A stretch of DNA of 64,000 nt, taken from positions 32,001 through 96,000 of the forward strand of contig CAWFJP010000017.1 in the NCBI GenBank assembly GCA_963816145.1. Direction: 5' to 3'. The stretch comes from an uncultured delta proteobacterium. Lineage in GTDB: Bacteria; Desulfobacterota; Binatia; UBA9968. Positions 19,331 to 29,661 of this stretch are shown piece after piece. The position numbers and the translations under genes were made by a program. Positions within the stretch are counted from its first letter, which is position 1. Every line of letters starts with the position of its first letter. The notes under the pieces were generated by a model. The model did not search any database. It was not told the origin of the DNA and was given only the letters and a program-made list of their open reading frames with translations.

Positions 19331-20908
19331 CTATATCGGCTTGATTAGACCAGCGCGAAGAATTTTCCCGACTGCGCTTTTCGGCAGGCTTTCGGCGAAC
19401 TCGATGTTGTGAGGGATCTTGTAGGGGGCGATTTGTCCGCGCAGGCTTTCGCGGATGGATTGGGCGAAATCAGCCGATGGCTCGTAGCCGTCGGCCAAAA
19501 CTATGACGGCGTGAATCTTATTGCCGATATCGCTATCGGGTAGCGGAACGACCGCGGCTTCGATGATCGCGGGGTGCTTCTGCAGAGCGTTTTCGATTTC
19601 GCTCGGGGATATGAAAATGCCGCGGCTCTTGAAGCAGTCGTCGCGCCGGCCGGCGATGTAGAAATAGCCTTCGCTGTCCTGATAGGCGAGATCACCGGTA
19701 AGATACCAGCCGTTGCGAATCACCGCCGCGGTTCGCTCCGGGTCTTTGTAATAACCGAGAAACAGTCCCGGATCCGCGGTCGAAATCGCAAACTGACCAA
19801 GCTCGCCGCCGGCCACCGGTTTTAAATCGTCATCGAGAATCGCCGCGCCGACTCCGGGAAGGCATTTGCCGACCGATCCCGCTTTGACCGGGTCTCTGAC
19901 GCCGTTGCCGATCACCAGTTGGTACTCGGATACCCCGTAGTGCTCGTACAATTCGGAACCGACCCGCCGCTTCCATTCCGCATAGGTCGCCTCGCGCAGC
20001 GCCTCGCCCGTCGAGTGCGAACAGCGCAGGCTTTTTAGATCGTGATGCTTCTCGAACTCGGGCATCGCGAGCAGGCGGCGGTAAACCGTCGCGACGCAGT
20101 GGAGCACGGTCACTTTGAACTTCTCGACCGCAGTCAAAACGTTTTCCGGCGTGGCGCGGCCGGGGAGAATCGCGCCGGCGACCCCATTGCGCAACGGGAA
20201 CAGCAAATTGTGGCCGAGGGCGCTGATAAAGCTCCATTCGCCGGTGGCCATGACCACGTCGTTGTCTTGCGGCGGTAAACGGTAGCGGTTCAAATCACCG
20301 AGCGCGACAATCCAGCGATGGGCATGAACAATACCTTTGGGTTTGCCGGTGGTTCCGGAGGTGTAAACGATGAAAGCGGGCTCGTCGCTTCGGGTATCGG
20401 CTGAAACAACGGCCGGGGAGGACTTCGCCTCCAACGCTGCGAATGGAATTTCACTCCCTTCGGATTCACCGGCGCAAACGATATGCTTGAACAAAGCGCT
20501 GCCGCGCAGTTCACGCACGGCCTCGCGTCGCGATACTTCAGTGAAGATCAATAGCGGTCTGGTTTGCTCGAGCACGGCGGTCAGCTCGACGGCGGTGAGC
20601 AGAGAATTGACTAAAACCGGAATCACGCCGAGCCTGACCGCGGCGAGAAACGCGACGGCAAACTCCGGCGAGTTGCTCATCTTGATGAGAACCAGATCGC
20701 CGCGCTGCAACCCCAGCTCGAGCAAGCCCGCGGCCACTGATTGGACCCGCTGCTGCAACGAGTCATAGGTGACCACTCCGAACTCGCCCACCAGCGCGCA
20801 CCGAGCGCCGCAACCGCGGGCGATCGGAGCGTCGAGCACATTGTGCGCCAGATTCAATTTTTCCGGCGCTATGCGATAGTCGTGACCGCTGATTGCAGAA
20901 AAAGTCAT
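19331..20908 (-). CDS. Acyl-CoA synthetase (benzoate-CoA ligase-like)
   Basis: YTSGTTGKPKG, YGVSE, TGD, GR.DD, LPKS.VGKILR. Confidence 0.93.
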   Translation of the reverse strand: MTFSAISGHDYRIAPEKLNLAHNVLDAPIARGCGARCALVGEFGVVTYDSLQQRVQSVAAGLLELGLQRGDLVLIKMSNSPEFAVAFLAAVRLGVIPVLVNSLLTAVELTAVLEQTRPLLIFTEVSRREAVRELRGSALFKHIVCAGESEGSEIPFAALEAKSSPAVVSADTRSDEPAFIVYTSGTTGKPKGIVHAHRWIVALGDLNRYRLPPQDNDVVMATGEWSFISALGHNLLFPLRNGVAGAILPGRATPENVLTAVEKFKVTVLHCVATVYRRLLAMPEFEKHHDLKSLRCSHSTGEALREATYAEWKRRVGSELYEHYGVSEYQLVIGNGVRDPVKAGSVGKCLPGVGAAILDDDLKPVAGGELGQFAISTADPGLFLGYYKDPERTAAVIRNGWYLTGDLAYQDSEGYFYIAGRRDDCFKSRGIFISPSEIENALQKHPAIIEAAVVPLPDSDIGNKIHAVIVLADGYEPSADFAQSIRESLRGQIAPYKIPHNIEFAESLPKSAVGKILRAGLIKPI

Positions 20909-20914
20909 CGCCGG

Positions 20915-21829
20915 CTATTTCTTGGGTTTTTTCGCCGGGCTTTTTTTCTGAAACGGCCAGTCAGCATCGTATGGGTAGGTGTAGCGCGGCGGGCGCTTTT
21001 CGACGAAGGCGCGCATGCCCTCTTGGCAGTCTTTGGTTCGGGTGATCTCGAGCACGGCGTCGAGCTCCTGCTGATAACCCTCGTCGGTTCGATTCCAGTT
21101 CCAGTACAGTTTCACCAGTCGTTTGGCTTGGCGCACGGATAAATAAGGATTCGCCGCGATGCGCCCGGCAAGAGCGAACGCGGTGTCGAGAAGCTTGGCG
21201 GCCGGCACGACTTCCTCGACCAGACCGATGCGCAATGCTTCTTTGGCGTCGATGATCTCGCCGGTAAGAATCAGACGCATCGCTCGACCGATGCCGATCA
21301 ACTTGGGCAAATTGCGCGCGCCGCCGCTTTCGGGCACGAAGCCGGCCGGCACCGCCACTTCGCCGAAGCGCGCGCGCTCCGAGGCGATGCGCATATCGCA
21401 CAGCGTCGCCATCTCGAGACCGACGCCGACCGCCGGACCGTTGATCGCGGCGATCGTCACTTGCGGCAGATCTTCGAGCTTGCGCATGGCGCTTTGCAGC
21501 ACGCGGTGGCGCAAATCGTTGAAAAAGTATTCGGCCATCTCCTTGTATGGGCCCGTGATACCGATGGAGCCTTCGAAGGCGCCGAGCACTTCGCCTTCCG
21601 ACTTGAGATCGCCGCCGGCGCAAAAGCCCCGCCCTTCGCCGGTCAGAATCACCACCTTGACGACGGAGTTGCGCGCGATCTCGTTGCACAGGGCATCGAG
21701 CTCCAGGCGCATCAGCGGGTCGACGGCGTTAAGCCTCTCCGGGCGATTCAAGGTGATGACGCCGATGCACGGTTCGCCGGGGTTATTGGGGTTGTCGTGC
21801 ACCGACCATTTGAGTGCTTTGTAATCCAT
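20915..21829 (-). CDS. Enoyl-CoA hydratase/isomerase family protein
   Basis: ITLNRPERLNA, FCAGGDL, IAAINGPAVGVGLE, EGMRAFVEKR.P. Confidence 0.93.
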   Translation of the reverse strand: MDYKALKWSVHDNPNNPGEPCIGVITLNRPERLNAVDPLMRLELDALCNEIARNSVVKVVILTGEGRGFCAGGDLKSEGEVLGAFEGSIGITGPYKEMAEYFFNDLRHRVLQSAMRKLEDLPQVTIAAINGPAVGVGLEMATLCDMRIASERARFGEVAVPAGFVPESGGARNLPKLIGIGRAMRLILTGEIIDAKEALRIGLVEEVVPAAKLLDTAFALAGRIAANPYLSVRQAKRLVKLYWNWNRTDEGYQQELDAVLEITRTKDCQEGMRAFVEKRPPRYTYPYDADWPFQKKSPAKKPKK

Positions 21830-21884
21830 CAAATCTCCTGCTGACGCATAAAGTTTTCAATGCTTCGGGTGTACGATGTCTTAT

Positions 21885-21985
21885 ACCCCTCTTTTGCAAA
21901 GAGGGGCCAGGGGAGATTTCCTGTCGCTTACCGCTCTTTGGCAATTTCAACAAATCCGCCTCGATCCGCCTTTTTCAAAGGGGGA
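21885..21985. repeat. Intergenic hairpin/REP-like element
   Basis: cccctcttttgcaaagagggg...ggggagattt...aaatcc...ccgcctttttcaaaggggg. Confidence 0.5.
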
Positions 21986-22055
21986 AGCGAAGCAGGAGCC
22001 GCCATCGCTTTTTTCGCAGGGATGGATATCGAAGCGCAGCCCACGATCCAAAACT

Positions 22056-23735
22056 TTATTTCTTTTTCTGCTGGCCGTAATAAGAAGTGTTGACCGCAAC
22101 TTCGTCGGTCCGTTTGCGTTCGCGGGCGATCTTTTCGCCGGTCTGCCAGAACTCGCCGGCGACGGCGAGCTTCGCCTCCTCGTCAAGCTCGGGATTCCAA
22201 TCGCCGAGCGAGTAGCCGTACCAGGGCGATTCGGGCTCCAATTTCGGCAACTCAAGCCTCTCCCAGAGTTTGCGCGCGCGCTCCATGTACTCCTTCTTCG
22301 GCAAAGAAATCGGCGGAAAGGTTTCTTTCAACGTCGCATCCCAGAGCAAACAGGAATCGTCGGCGCCGCCGCGCGCGTCGTGGCGCGGCGCATGACCGAC
22401 GTCGGTGCCGCGGATAATTTGCACGTCGCGGTGCGGCTGCGAGCGGTAGCCGAGCGCCCAGAACACCGCATCGAGATTCTCGGGATCGATATCCTCGTCG
22501 ACGGCAATGACGATCTTCGACATCGACGGGCGAAAAGTGACCGCGGCCATCAAGGCGCGCCAGACCTCGGCCTGGCTCGGCTGGCGCATTTGAATCACGG
22601 TCAGCTTCTGCGTCGCCGTCAGCGGTTCGTGCAGCATCACCCGGGTCACGCAGTTAATGCCGAGAACGTTTTTCAGATGATCGAGATAGAGCGGCTCGTA
22701 GGCCATCTTCTTGATCACGCTCGACTCCGACGGCGTCACCTGGCTGATGATCGAGCAGAGAATGGCTTTTTTGCGCCGCGTGATCGCAGTGACTTCCATG
22801 TACGGATTGTATTCCTTTGGGTTGACGTGGCCATGGGATTCGCCGAACGGCGCTTCCGGCTCGAGATATTCCGTCGAAACAAAACCTTCGATGATAATCT
22901 CGGCGTCGGCCGGAACCATTAGCGGCACGGTCTTCGCCTGGACGATACGGATCGGCGCGTTGACAAGGCCGCCGGCAACCGCGAACTCATCGACGTCGTA
23001 GGCGAGCTTTTGCGCGGCAACATACGAGATCGCCGGCACACCGCCGATGCACAGCGCAGCCGGCATCTTTTCCTTGCGCGCGCGATACTTTTCCCAATGC
23101 ACATAGATACCTTGGCCCAATTCCAGCGACGGATTACAGCCGACCCGGTCGCGCGCCTTGATCATCGCCCGGTAGGTGCCGATGTTGTGAATGCCGCTTT
23201 CGGGATCTTTGGTAATGTAGTGCGCTGCGCTGATGTAGGGCGCGTTGTCCCAACCCGGCGTCGAGATCGGCACCGGAATACCATCGAGTCCGCGGCCCGG
23301 TTCTTTCAGCTCGTCGCCCGTAGTGACGATCTCGTGCACCGGCGCCGCCGCGGAAGGAATCTCGACCGGCGGGACCGGATTCGCCTTCGCTTGCGCCCAG
23401 AGCTGGTTGACTTTTGTCGGATCGGTGCCGAGACCGATGCCGTAGATACGCCGGTTCGCCGCCAGAATCCCGATGGCGACCGGGATATCGTAGCGCTTGC
23501 CGCTAGCGTCCACCGGCTGTTCGAACAAGAACGCCTTGCGGTCTTTCTCTTTGATGCCGCCGCGAAATTGCCAGCGCACCAACGGATGCATCTCCTGGTC
23601 TTTGTCCACCGGCTCTTTGATCCGTATCAGCAAGCCCTCTCTTTCGAGTTGCTCCAAGTGATCGTGCAGATCGGGATACCCGCGCGCCGGAATGCTTGAT
23701 GCCTTTTCCGCCACTGCTAATTTCTTTTTCGCCAT
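22056..23735 (-). CDS. UbiD-family (prFMN) decarboxylase
   Basis: N.GTYR, VPADAEIIIEG, EPEAPFGESHG, VDEDIDP, WAL.YRSQP; start set at MAKKK. Confidence 0.92.
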   Translation of the reverse strand: MAKKKLAVAEKASSIPARGYPDLHDHLEQLEREGLLIRIKEPVDKDQEMHPLVRWQFRGGIKEKDRKAFLFEQPVDASGKRYDIPVAIGILAANRRIYGIGLGTDPTKVNQLWAQAKANPVPPVEIPSAAAPVHEIVTTGDELKEPGRGLDGIPVPISTPGWDNAPYISAAHYITKDPESGIHNIGTYRAMIKARDRVGCNPSLELGQGIYVHWEKYRARKEKMPAALCIGGVPAISYVAAQKLAYDVDEFAVAGGLVNAPIRIVQAKTVPLMVPADAEIIIEGFVSTEYLEPEAPFGESHGHVNPKEYNPYMEVTAITRRKKAILCSIISQVTPSESSVIKKMAYEPLYLDHLKNVLGINCVTRVMLHEPLTATQKLTVIQMRQPSQAEVWRALMAAVTFRPSMSKIVIAVDEDIDPENLDAVFWALGYRSQPHRDVQIIRGTDVGHAPRHDARGGADDSCLLWDATLKETFPPISLPKKEYMERARKLWERLELPKLEPESPWYGYSLGDWNPELDEEAKLAVAGEFWQTGEKIARERKRTDEVAVNTSYYGQQKKK

Positions 23736-24232
23736 GTCGCCTTGCTCTAAGGAATTTTCAATCGTTCGCAGCCTATAACAATTAGTTTTTTCGGTAAAGG
23801 CGAGGGCCATGAGTTTAGCCACACCTGTGCGGTAACAGTAAAACGTTCGCGGCAGCAACTTCATCTCAGCGGCGAAATTCGATTTGCCTTTTGCGGCACA
23901 AAATTCTTTGCCGAGCCGGCTCGCGAGTAGGGAATTTTCACTGCAGGAATTTTCCGTACAAGATTTTCTCGCTTCGGCCATTTGCATTGAAAAACCTAGG
24001 TTTTTTTAGTGGAACAGATCTTGCGGTTAAACTGAAATAGAATTTGCGCTTGATTTGAATTGTTTAGTTTTGCGCGGAGGTGTTTGACCACCAGGGTTAA
24101 ACAGATTTCAGCAAACATCAGGCTACGGTCGTAGTCGTCGCCGATCACGAGAGCGCGACAATACACCGTTGTAAAGAGTAACGTATCATGACGCGCGCCT
24201 TACAGGCGAAACAGTCAAAAGGAGTTTTTCCC

Positions 24233-25498
24233 ATGCGCTATTATTTGGCTTTGGCGGCCCTGATCGGGGTGAGTTTTTTGACTCCTTCGATCGCCGCTGC
24301 AGATTATAAATATCCCTATCACGATCCCTACTTAGCGACGGCGACAAGCGCTATTTTGAGCGACGATGGCGCCACGCCGCGCCTTGATTCGACGATCATC
24401 CGCGTGCCCGGGCTTCCCGGCAGAAATCATTTGCCGACGCTCGAAGGACGCGGTGACGTAAGTCTTGCCCTGTATCGCCAAACCCGTCCGGCCCCGCTGC
24501 TTTTTATTCTTGCTGGTCTGGGATCCAACCCCTATTTCGGGGTCGCGCCGTATCTCGCGAGTCTGTTCTATCGAGAAGGTTTCAATGTGGTGATCTTACC
24601 GTCGCCGATGAACTGGAATTTTGCCTTGTCGGCCAGCCGTAGCGGTGCGCCGGGTTACGCGCCGGAAGACGCTCGGGATTTATATGAAGTCATGCAAAAA
24701 ACTCTGACGGCTTTGAGATCGCGCTATGCTGTCAAGGCCACGTCGATCAACTTCATAGGGGTCAGCTTGGGCGCGCTTGAAGGCGCGTATCTCAGCGTGA
24801 TCGATGCCGACGAGGGAAAGCTTGGCATCGATAAGTATCTGCTCGTCAACCCGCCCGTCGACCTCGCTTACGCGGTCAAGAAAATCGATCAATGGAGCGC
24901 GTTGAAAGGAAAATTCGGCCGGCAGAAATCTCAGGATATCGTCTCGAAAGCGCTGGCTATTGTCGGTTCTTTTTCCGAGCAAAGGCGCGATGATCCTGTC
25001 GTTTTCGACAGATTGGCAAAGAAGTTCGCCGGCTTCCCGACGGAGCATCTCCAATTCCTGATCGCCGAGAATTTGCAAAGCCAACTTCCCGAGCTCATCT
25101 ACGTGACCCAAATCATTCACGATCAGAAGTTTCGCGCGGTTTCGAAAGACGAGATGAGAAAAAGGCTGGAGGAAGCTAAGGATATCACACTTACGAAATA
25201 CAACCGGTTGATCGGCGTGCCCTTGTGGCGAAAACAAATCGGCGACCCGCAGGCCGATTCGGATACCTTTATCCAGCGCGGTTCCTTGGCAGCCATCGTT
25301 AATCGGCTGCGCGATAACCCCAGAGTGCATATCGTCCACAATGCCGATGATTTATTGGTCGAGAGGAAATCCCTCGAAGGGCTCAAAGAAGCCTTGGGCG
25401 ACCAAGTGGTGCTCTATCCCTACGGCGGACATCTCGGCAACCTCTGGTACGCGGAAAATAAGGAATACGCTGTCAAATTATTCCGGCCGCATGCTTGA
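24233..25498 (+). CDS. Secreted alpha/beta-hydrolase-fold protein
   Basis: Signal peptide, AGLGS, nucleophile elbow GVSLG, NADD, GGHLGN. Confidence 0.75.
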   Translation: MRYYLALAALIGVSFLTPSIAAADYKYPYHDPYLATATSAILSDDGATPRLDSTIIRVPGLPGRNHLPTLEGRGDVSLALYRQTRPAPLLFILAGLGSNPYFGVAPYLASLFYREGFNVVILPSPMNWNFALSASRSGAPGYAPEDARDLYEVMQKTLTALRSRYAVKATSINFIGVSLGALEGAYLSVIDADEGKLGIDKYLLVNPPVDLAYAVKKIDQWSALKGKFGRQKSQDIVSKALAIVGSFSEQRRDDPVVFDRLAKKFAGFPTEHLQFLIAENLQSQLPELIYVTQIIHDQKFRAVSKDEMRKRLEEAKDITLTKYNRLIGVPLWRKQIGDPQADSDTFIQRGSLAAIVNRLRDNPRVHIVHNADDLLVERKSLEGLKEALGDQVVLYPYGGHLGNLWYAENKEYAVKLFRPHA

Positions 25499-25574
25499 TT
25501 GGCCGGTTTTATCAACAGCCTTGGGAAAAGGTGCAGATGAAATTGCTACGCCCGCGGGTCATGAGCGATAAGGA

Positions 25575-25620
25575 GGTCACGTCTTGCATTGCGACAGATG
25601 TCTGAGCGAACGACTTGACC
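25575..25620. repeat. REP-like imperfect palindrome
   Basis: ggtcacgtcttgcattgcgacagatgtctgagcgaacgacttgacc. Confidence 0.68.
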
Positions 25621-25661
25621 GCCAAAATTCAGTTTGTTCGCGGCACTCCTTGCGGCTCGGA

Positions 25662-25919
25662 TCACGTCCGAGGCTTTAGTATATCCGTGAGGCGATCGGC
25701 CGTGCCGTCGATGCGTTCGAGATGGGGATAGCGCAAACCTTCGAAGTAAGGCAGGCGAACCGTGCGATAGTGATCGAAGGTCTTGACCAAGAGCTCGATC
25801 AGCTGCCAGCCGCTGCGTTTGAGACCGTCGAGCGGCGCGGCGATTTCTGCCGCATCGATGGCTCTAGCGCAGCACATCCCCAGCAGCGCGGTCGCGATCA
25901 AACTCTTTGACTGAAACAT
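25662..25919 (-). CDS. Small hypothetical exported protein or fragment
   Basis: Signal-peptide-like N-terminus, GGAG upstream; 85 aa. Confidence 0.35.
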   Translation of the reverse strand: MFQSKSLIATALLGMCCARAIDAAEIAAPLDGLKRSGWQLIELLVKTFDHYRTVRLPYFEGLRYPHLERIDGTADRLTDILKPRT

Positions 25920-26200
25920 CTTGAATCGACTCCCTGAAGAGTGAACTCGGGCATTACGATCGTTCTTCGCTCAGTGCCAAACAACGCAGCCAGTGAAACT
26001 AACCACGGGCAAACCCGCCCATGGCCATTGTCGGCGGAGCCTATCTAAAAAGTTGCTTTTGCGTCAACGGATACCGACGAAGAGCAGTCTAAAGGCTGGG
26101 TTGCCCGCTGCCATGAAGTGGAAATATCACCACCATTAGAATGGCCGTCGGTAAACAGGCTGTTGTCATTCAGCAAAGGAAGAAGGGTATGTGCATGGCA

Positions 26201-26245
26201 GTCACGTCTTAAAGTGTGATAAACATGTTATCGCAAGATCTGATC
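26201..26245. repeat. REP-like imperfect palindrome
   Basis: gtcacgtcttaaagtgtgataaacatgttatcgcaagatctgatc. Confidence 0.55.
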
Positions 26246-26259
26246 ACGAGTCGAGTCGA

Positions 26260-26570
26260 GGCTTGCTGAATGACGCCGATCGGGCCGTGGCCGTCGCCCG
26301 CGCTTACAACGATTGGTTGCATCATTATTTTCTCCGTGTAAGCACGCCCTTCCAGGGAGAGTCGCTTTGTTGCCGGTGCAAGATCCGTCCGAAGCCGCCA
26401 AAGAACTGGAGCATTGCGTGCGGGACATGTTGGGTATGGCCGGCGGCAGGCTTGTGGGGGTCATGAATCCCATGCGCGGTTACCGCTTGGCGCAGTTTGA
26501 TCCGATCATGGCGACGGCTGAAAAACTGGCCATGCCTCGTCCAAGCACAAACAGTCGGCAGCGTAGTTAG
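26260..26570 (+). pseudogene. Internal fragment of amidohydrolase_2 family gene (frameshifted)
   Basis: AVAVARAYNDWL in one frame and VALLPVQDPSEAAKELE.CV...FDPI...AEKL.MP in another. Confidence 0.75.
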
Positions 26571-26699
26571 CCGCTGGCGAAATCGGCCAGGAAAGGCTAA
26601 TTTCGGGATCAGGCTCTTTTCTGACTAACTTGACCTAAGACTGACTCGGGTCTTTCACGGTGGCCAGCCTTTCAGGTATCAACGGGTTTGCAATGCGGC

Positions 26700-28481
26700 A
26701 TGTCGGATAACTGGATTTTTCGTCTTTCTGCTCTGACGGCCGTCCTGTTGCCTGCGGGCTTCTTGGCGGGGACGATCCTGATGTATGGCGTCAACGTTCC
26801 CTATTGGGATCAATGGGAAGTTGCCGACGTTGTAGTGAAGGCGTTCGATGGTACGCTCTCTCTTAGGGACCTCACTTTCCAACACAATGAAAGTCGGCTC
26901 GTTTTTCCCCGTCTTCTGTTTATCGGTTTAGCCTATCTCACCGGATACGATGTGAGATATGAAATGTGGGGGTCTTTCGCCCTCGCCTGTCTCATTGCGT
27001 ACAACGTCTATCGCTTGGGAAGATTGACCCTTGGCGGTAATCGCAGACAGGAAGTCTTTCTCCTCTTCCTGGCAAGTTTAGTGATATTCAGCCTGGTGCA
27101 GTGGGAGAACTGGTTCTGGGGCATTCAACTCAGTGTTTTTGTCCCGATTGCGTGTGTGACCTCGATACTCTCTCTCTCGTATTCCTCACTTTCTGTCGGA
27201 ACAAAGTTTGCGGCGAGCGCCATGCTCGCGACTCTCAGTACATTCTCCTTCGCTCATGGGATGATGTGTTGGGTCATTGTTCTTCCTGTGCTCATGCTGC
27301 AGACGTGGGAAGAACTCAAAACTCGGCCATGGTTGATGGGCTGCTGGTTGCTTGGCTTTGCGGTGAATGTCGGGCTGTATTTTTTTAATTACGTTAAACC
27401 ACCCTCTCATCCGAACTTTACCGAGGCGTGGACCAAACTATTTGCTGCTTTGGGTTATTTCCTTGCTTTGCTAGGTGCTCCGCTGGGATGGGGGATAAAG
27501 CTGAACAGCCTGTACCAGGCCATAGCAGTAGGCTTCGGTATGGCAGCGCTGTTTGTATTACTGTGCACCTATGTGTGGCGCCATCGCAACGAGTCCCTCG
27601 TGCTGTACCGTACGTCGGGATGGCTCACGCTAGGGAGCTACACCTTGGTCATTGCTGGAGTGACGACGTTGGGAAGGCTCGGGCTCGGCATGGACACGGC
27701 CGTTTCCTCTCGATATGGAGCATTCACGTTTCCTCTGATTGTGGCTTTGGTCTATCTTATTCCCATTGTGCTCGACGTCTCTGGCAAGAAAAGGTCGCCG
27801 CAGGTAGAGCCGTGGCTGTTTCGTTGCGCTATCCTTTTGAGTATAGTGCTCATCTTTTTGCATGTTGCAACGTCAAGAAGTGCTCTCGCCCGAGTCAAGT
27901 CCATCCGGGAGCAACGTCTCCAAGCGAAGGCTGTGTTGCTGTTCATCAGTGCTTTGCCGAACGAGTCGCTTACCCGTACTATGTATCCTGGCTTAGAAGC
28001 GCTGAGGCGCTATGCCGAAGGCCTCGATCGACACGGGTTGTTGTCGCCAGGATTGCGCAAAAACTTAATCATTGAGAAAGGTGAGCGGCGTAAAACTGCA
28101 GAAGTAGACCAGTGTGGATGGTTTGATCTGCTCCAGCACAAGGGAGGAACGACTTATTTCGCCAAGGGATGGGCGATTCTACCTCATCGGCGAGAGCCGG
28201 CAGATGGGATTGTTCTGGCCTATGAGGAACCTGATGGATCGTTTGCAATCTTTGACCTGGTGGTAGTAAGGACACGAAGACCAGATGTCACCCAAGCGTT
28301 TCGGCGACAGAGGAACCTACGTGCGGGGTGGGAGCACTCCTTTACACTTGCGCAGGCTAATGGGAAACCGATAAAGATTGCAGCATGGGCTCTTGATGCC
28401 AACACGGGGCAATTATGCAGGCTGAACAAAGCCTACGTGGTCGATGCACAGCGGGCAGAGATTAGTGAGGTCAAGCGATGA
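26700..28481 (+). CDS. Polytopic membrane protein, probable GT-C glycosyltransferase
   Basis: NVPYWDQW, QHNESR..FPR, QWENWFWG, SSRY; ~12 TMs plus a C-terminal periplasmic domain. Confidence 0.7.
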   Translation: MSDNWIFRLSALTAVLLPAGFLAGTILMYGVNVPYWDQWEVADVVVKAFDGTLSLRDLTFQHNESRLVFPRLLFIGLAYLTGYDVRYEMWGSFALACLIAYNVYRLGRLTLGGNRRQEVFLLFLASLVIFSLVQWENWFWGIQLSVFVPIACVTSILSLSYSSLSVGTKFAASAMLATLSTFSFAHGMMCWVIVLPVLMLQTWEELKTRPWLMGCWLLGFAVNVGLYFFNYVKPPSHPNFTEAWTKLFAALGYFLALLGAPLGWGIKLNSLYQAIAVGFGMAALFVLLCTYVWRHRNESLVLYRTSGWLTLGSYTLVIAGVTTLGRLGLGMDTAVSSRYGAFTFPLIVALVYLIPIVLDVSGKKRSPQVEPWLFRCAILLSIVLIFLHVATSRSALARVKSIREQRLQAKAVLLFISALPNESLTRTMYPGLEALRRYAEGLDRHGLLSPGLRKNLIIEKGERRKTAEVDQCGWFDLLQHKGGTTYFAKGWAILPHRREPADGIVLAYEEPDGSFAIFDLVVVRTRRPDVTQAFRRQRNLRAGWEHSFTLAQANGKPIKIAAWALDANTGQLCRLNKAYVVDAQRAEISEVKR

Positions 28482-28599
28482 TGGTGCAGAGACAGCGACC
28501 GCGCGCAGTGAGAAATAATGCGGAGGATCTGGGTAGTCAGTCGGATGTTGTCGATGCTCGTCATTGCCGTAACATAACCACGCGCTTTCGGTTGACATC

Positions 28600-29661
28600 A
28601 TGATTTCTATAGTTATTCCTGCCTATAACGAAGAAGAGAATATTCCAAAACTCTACAGCCGGATCACGGATGCAGCAACAAAGTGGGGCGATGAGTACGA
28701 GGTCGTGATCGTCGACGATGGTTCGTCCGACGCGAGTCTGCGGCACTTGGAAACAATCCACCGGCGCGATCCGCGCTGGAAGGTGTTGTCGTTCTCGCGA
28801 AATTTCGGGCATCAGGTGGCGATTTCGGCCGGCATCTTTTACTGCCATGGCGACGTCGTCGCCATTATGGATGCCGATCTGCAGGACCCCCCCGAGGAAC
28901 TGCAACGGTTTTTGCAAAAGTGGCGAGAGGGCTTCCACGTCGTCTATGCCATCCGCACGAAGCGCAAGGAGGGCTTACTCAAACGCGCGTCCTACAAGCT
29001 CTTCTACCGCATGTTGCACTGGCTGGGTTCGATTGAAATTCCCGTGGATGCCGGTGACTTCTGCGTGATGGACCGTTCAGTGGTCGAGGTGCTCAAGGCG
29101 ATGCCCGAACGTACCCGGTTCGTGCGGGGGCTTCGTAGCTGGTCGGGCTTTCGCCAGGTGGGCGTGGCTTCCGAGCGTTCTTTACGGCATGCAGGCGCAC
29201 CGAAATACACCTTCTCAAAACTGCTTCGATTAGCTGTCACCGGTATGCTCCTATTTAGCAGTGTCCCACTGAAACTTTCCGCCTGGAGTGGTTTTTTTCT
29301 ATGCGCGGTCGCAATGCTGTCAATCCCGATAATGGTCGGTTGGGCTCTGCTCGATATTCGGCTTTTCGGTATGCGCCCTTACGACGTGGCTGGGTGGACA
29401 AGTCTAGTGTCGCTCATCCTGCTGACCTCGGGTATGCAACTGTTGGCGCTGGGCGTGATTGGGCAGTACCTGGCCAGGATCTTTGACGAGGTCCAAGGGC
29501 GTCCGCCGTGGATCATTGCCTACGCGCTGGGATTTGCCGAGTGCGGCTCATCCCATGATCTCGGATGGTTTGCCGGTAATAGAACCGTGCAGCAAGGCGG
29601 CAGCGGAAAACGATCCGCCGGTCTCGCGCCAGGGACGGAATACGATGCAGGAGTCGTATAG
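28600..29661 (+). CDS. GT2 polyprenyl-phosphate glycosyltransferase (GtrB-like)
   Basis: SIVIPAYNEE, VDDGSSD, SRNFGHQ, DADLQDPPE, GDF, C-terminal TMs. Confidence 0.92.
   Translation: MISIVIPAYNEEENIPKLYSRITDAATKWGDEYEVVIVDDGSSDASLRHLETIHRRDPRWKVLSFSRNFGHQVAISAGIFYCHGDVVAIMDADLQDPPEELQRFLQKWREGFHVVYAIRTKRKEGLLKRASYKLFYRMLHWLGSIEIPVDAGDFCVMDRSVVEVLKAMPERTRFVRGLRSWSGFRQVGVASERSLRHAGAPKYTFSKLLRLAVTGMLLFSSVPLKLSAWSGFFLCAVAMLSIPIMVGWALLDIRLFGMRPYDVAGWTSLVSLILLTSGMQLLALGVIGQYLARIFDEVQGRPPWIIAYALGFAECGSSHDLGWFAGNRTVQQGGSGKRSAGLAPGTEYDAGVV

Noticed and set aside
21876-22922. 348-aa plus-strand ORF (also 60183-61388, 17592-18467 and similar)
   Set aside because: These are antisense shadows of well-supported genes (UbiD, TctC, dehydrogenase), which is common in GC-rich DNA.
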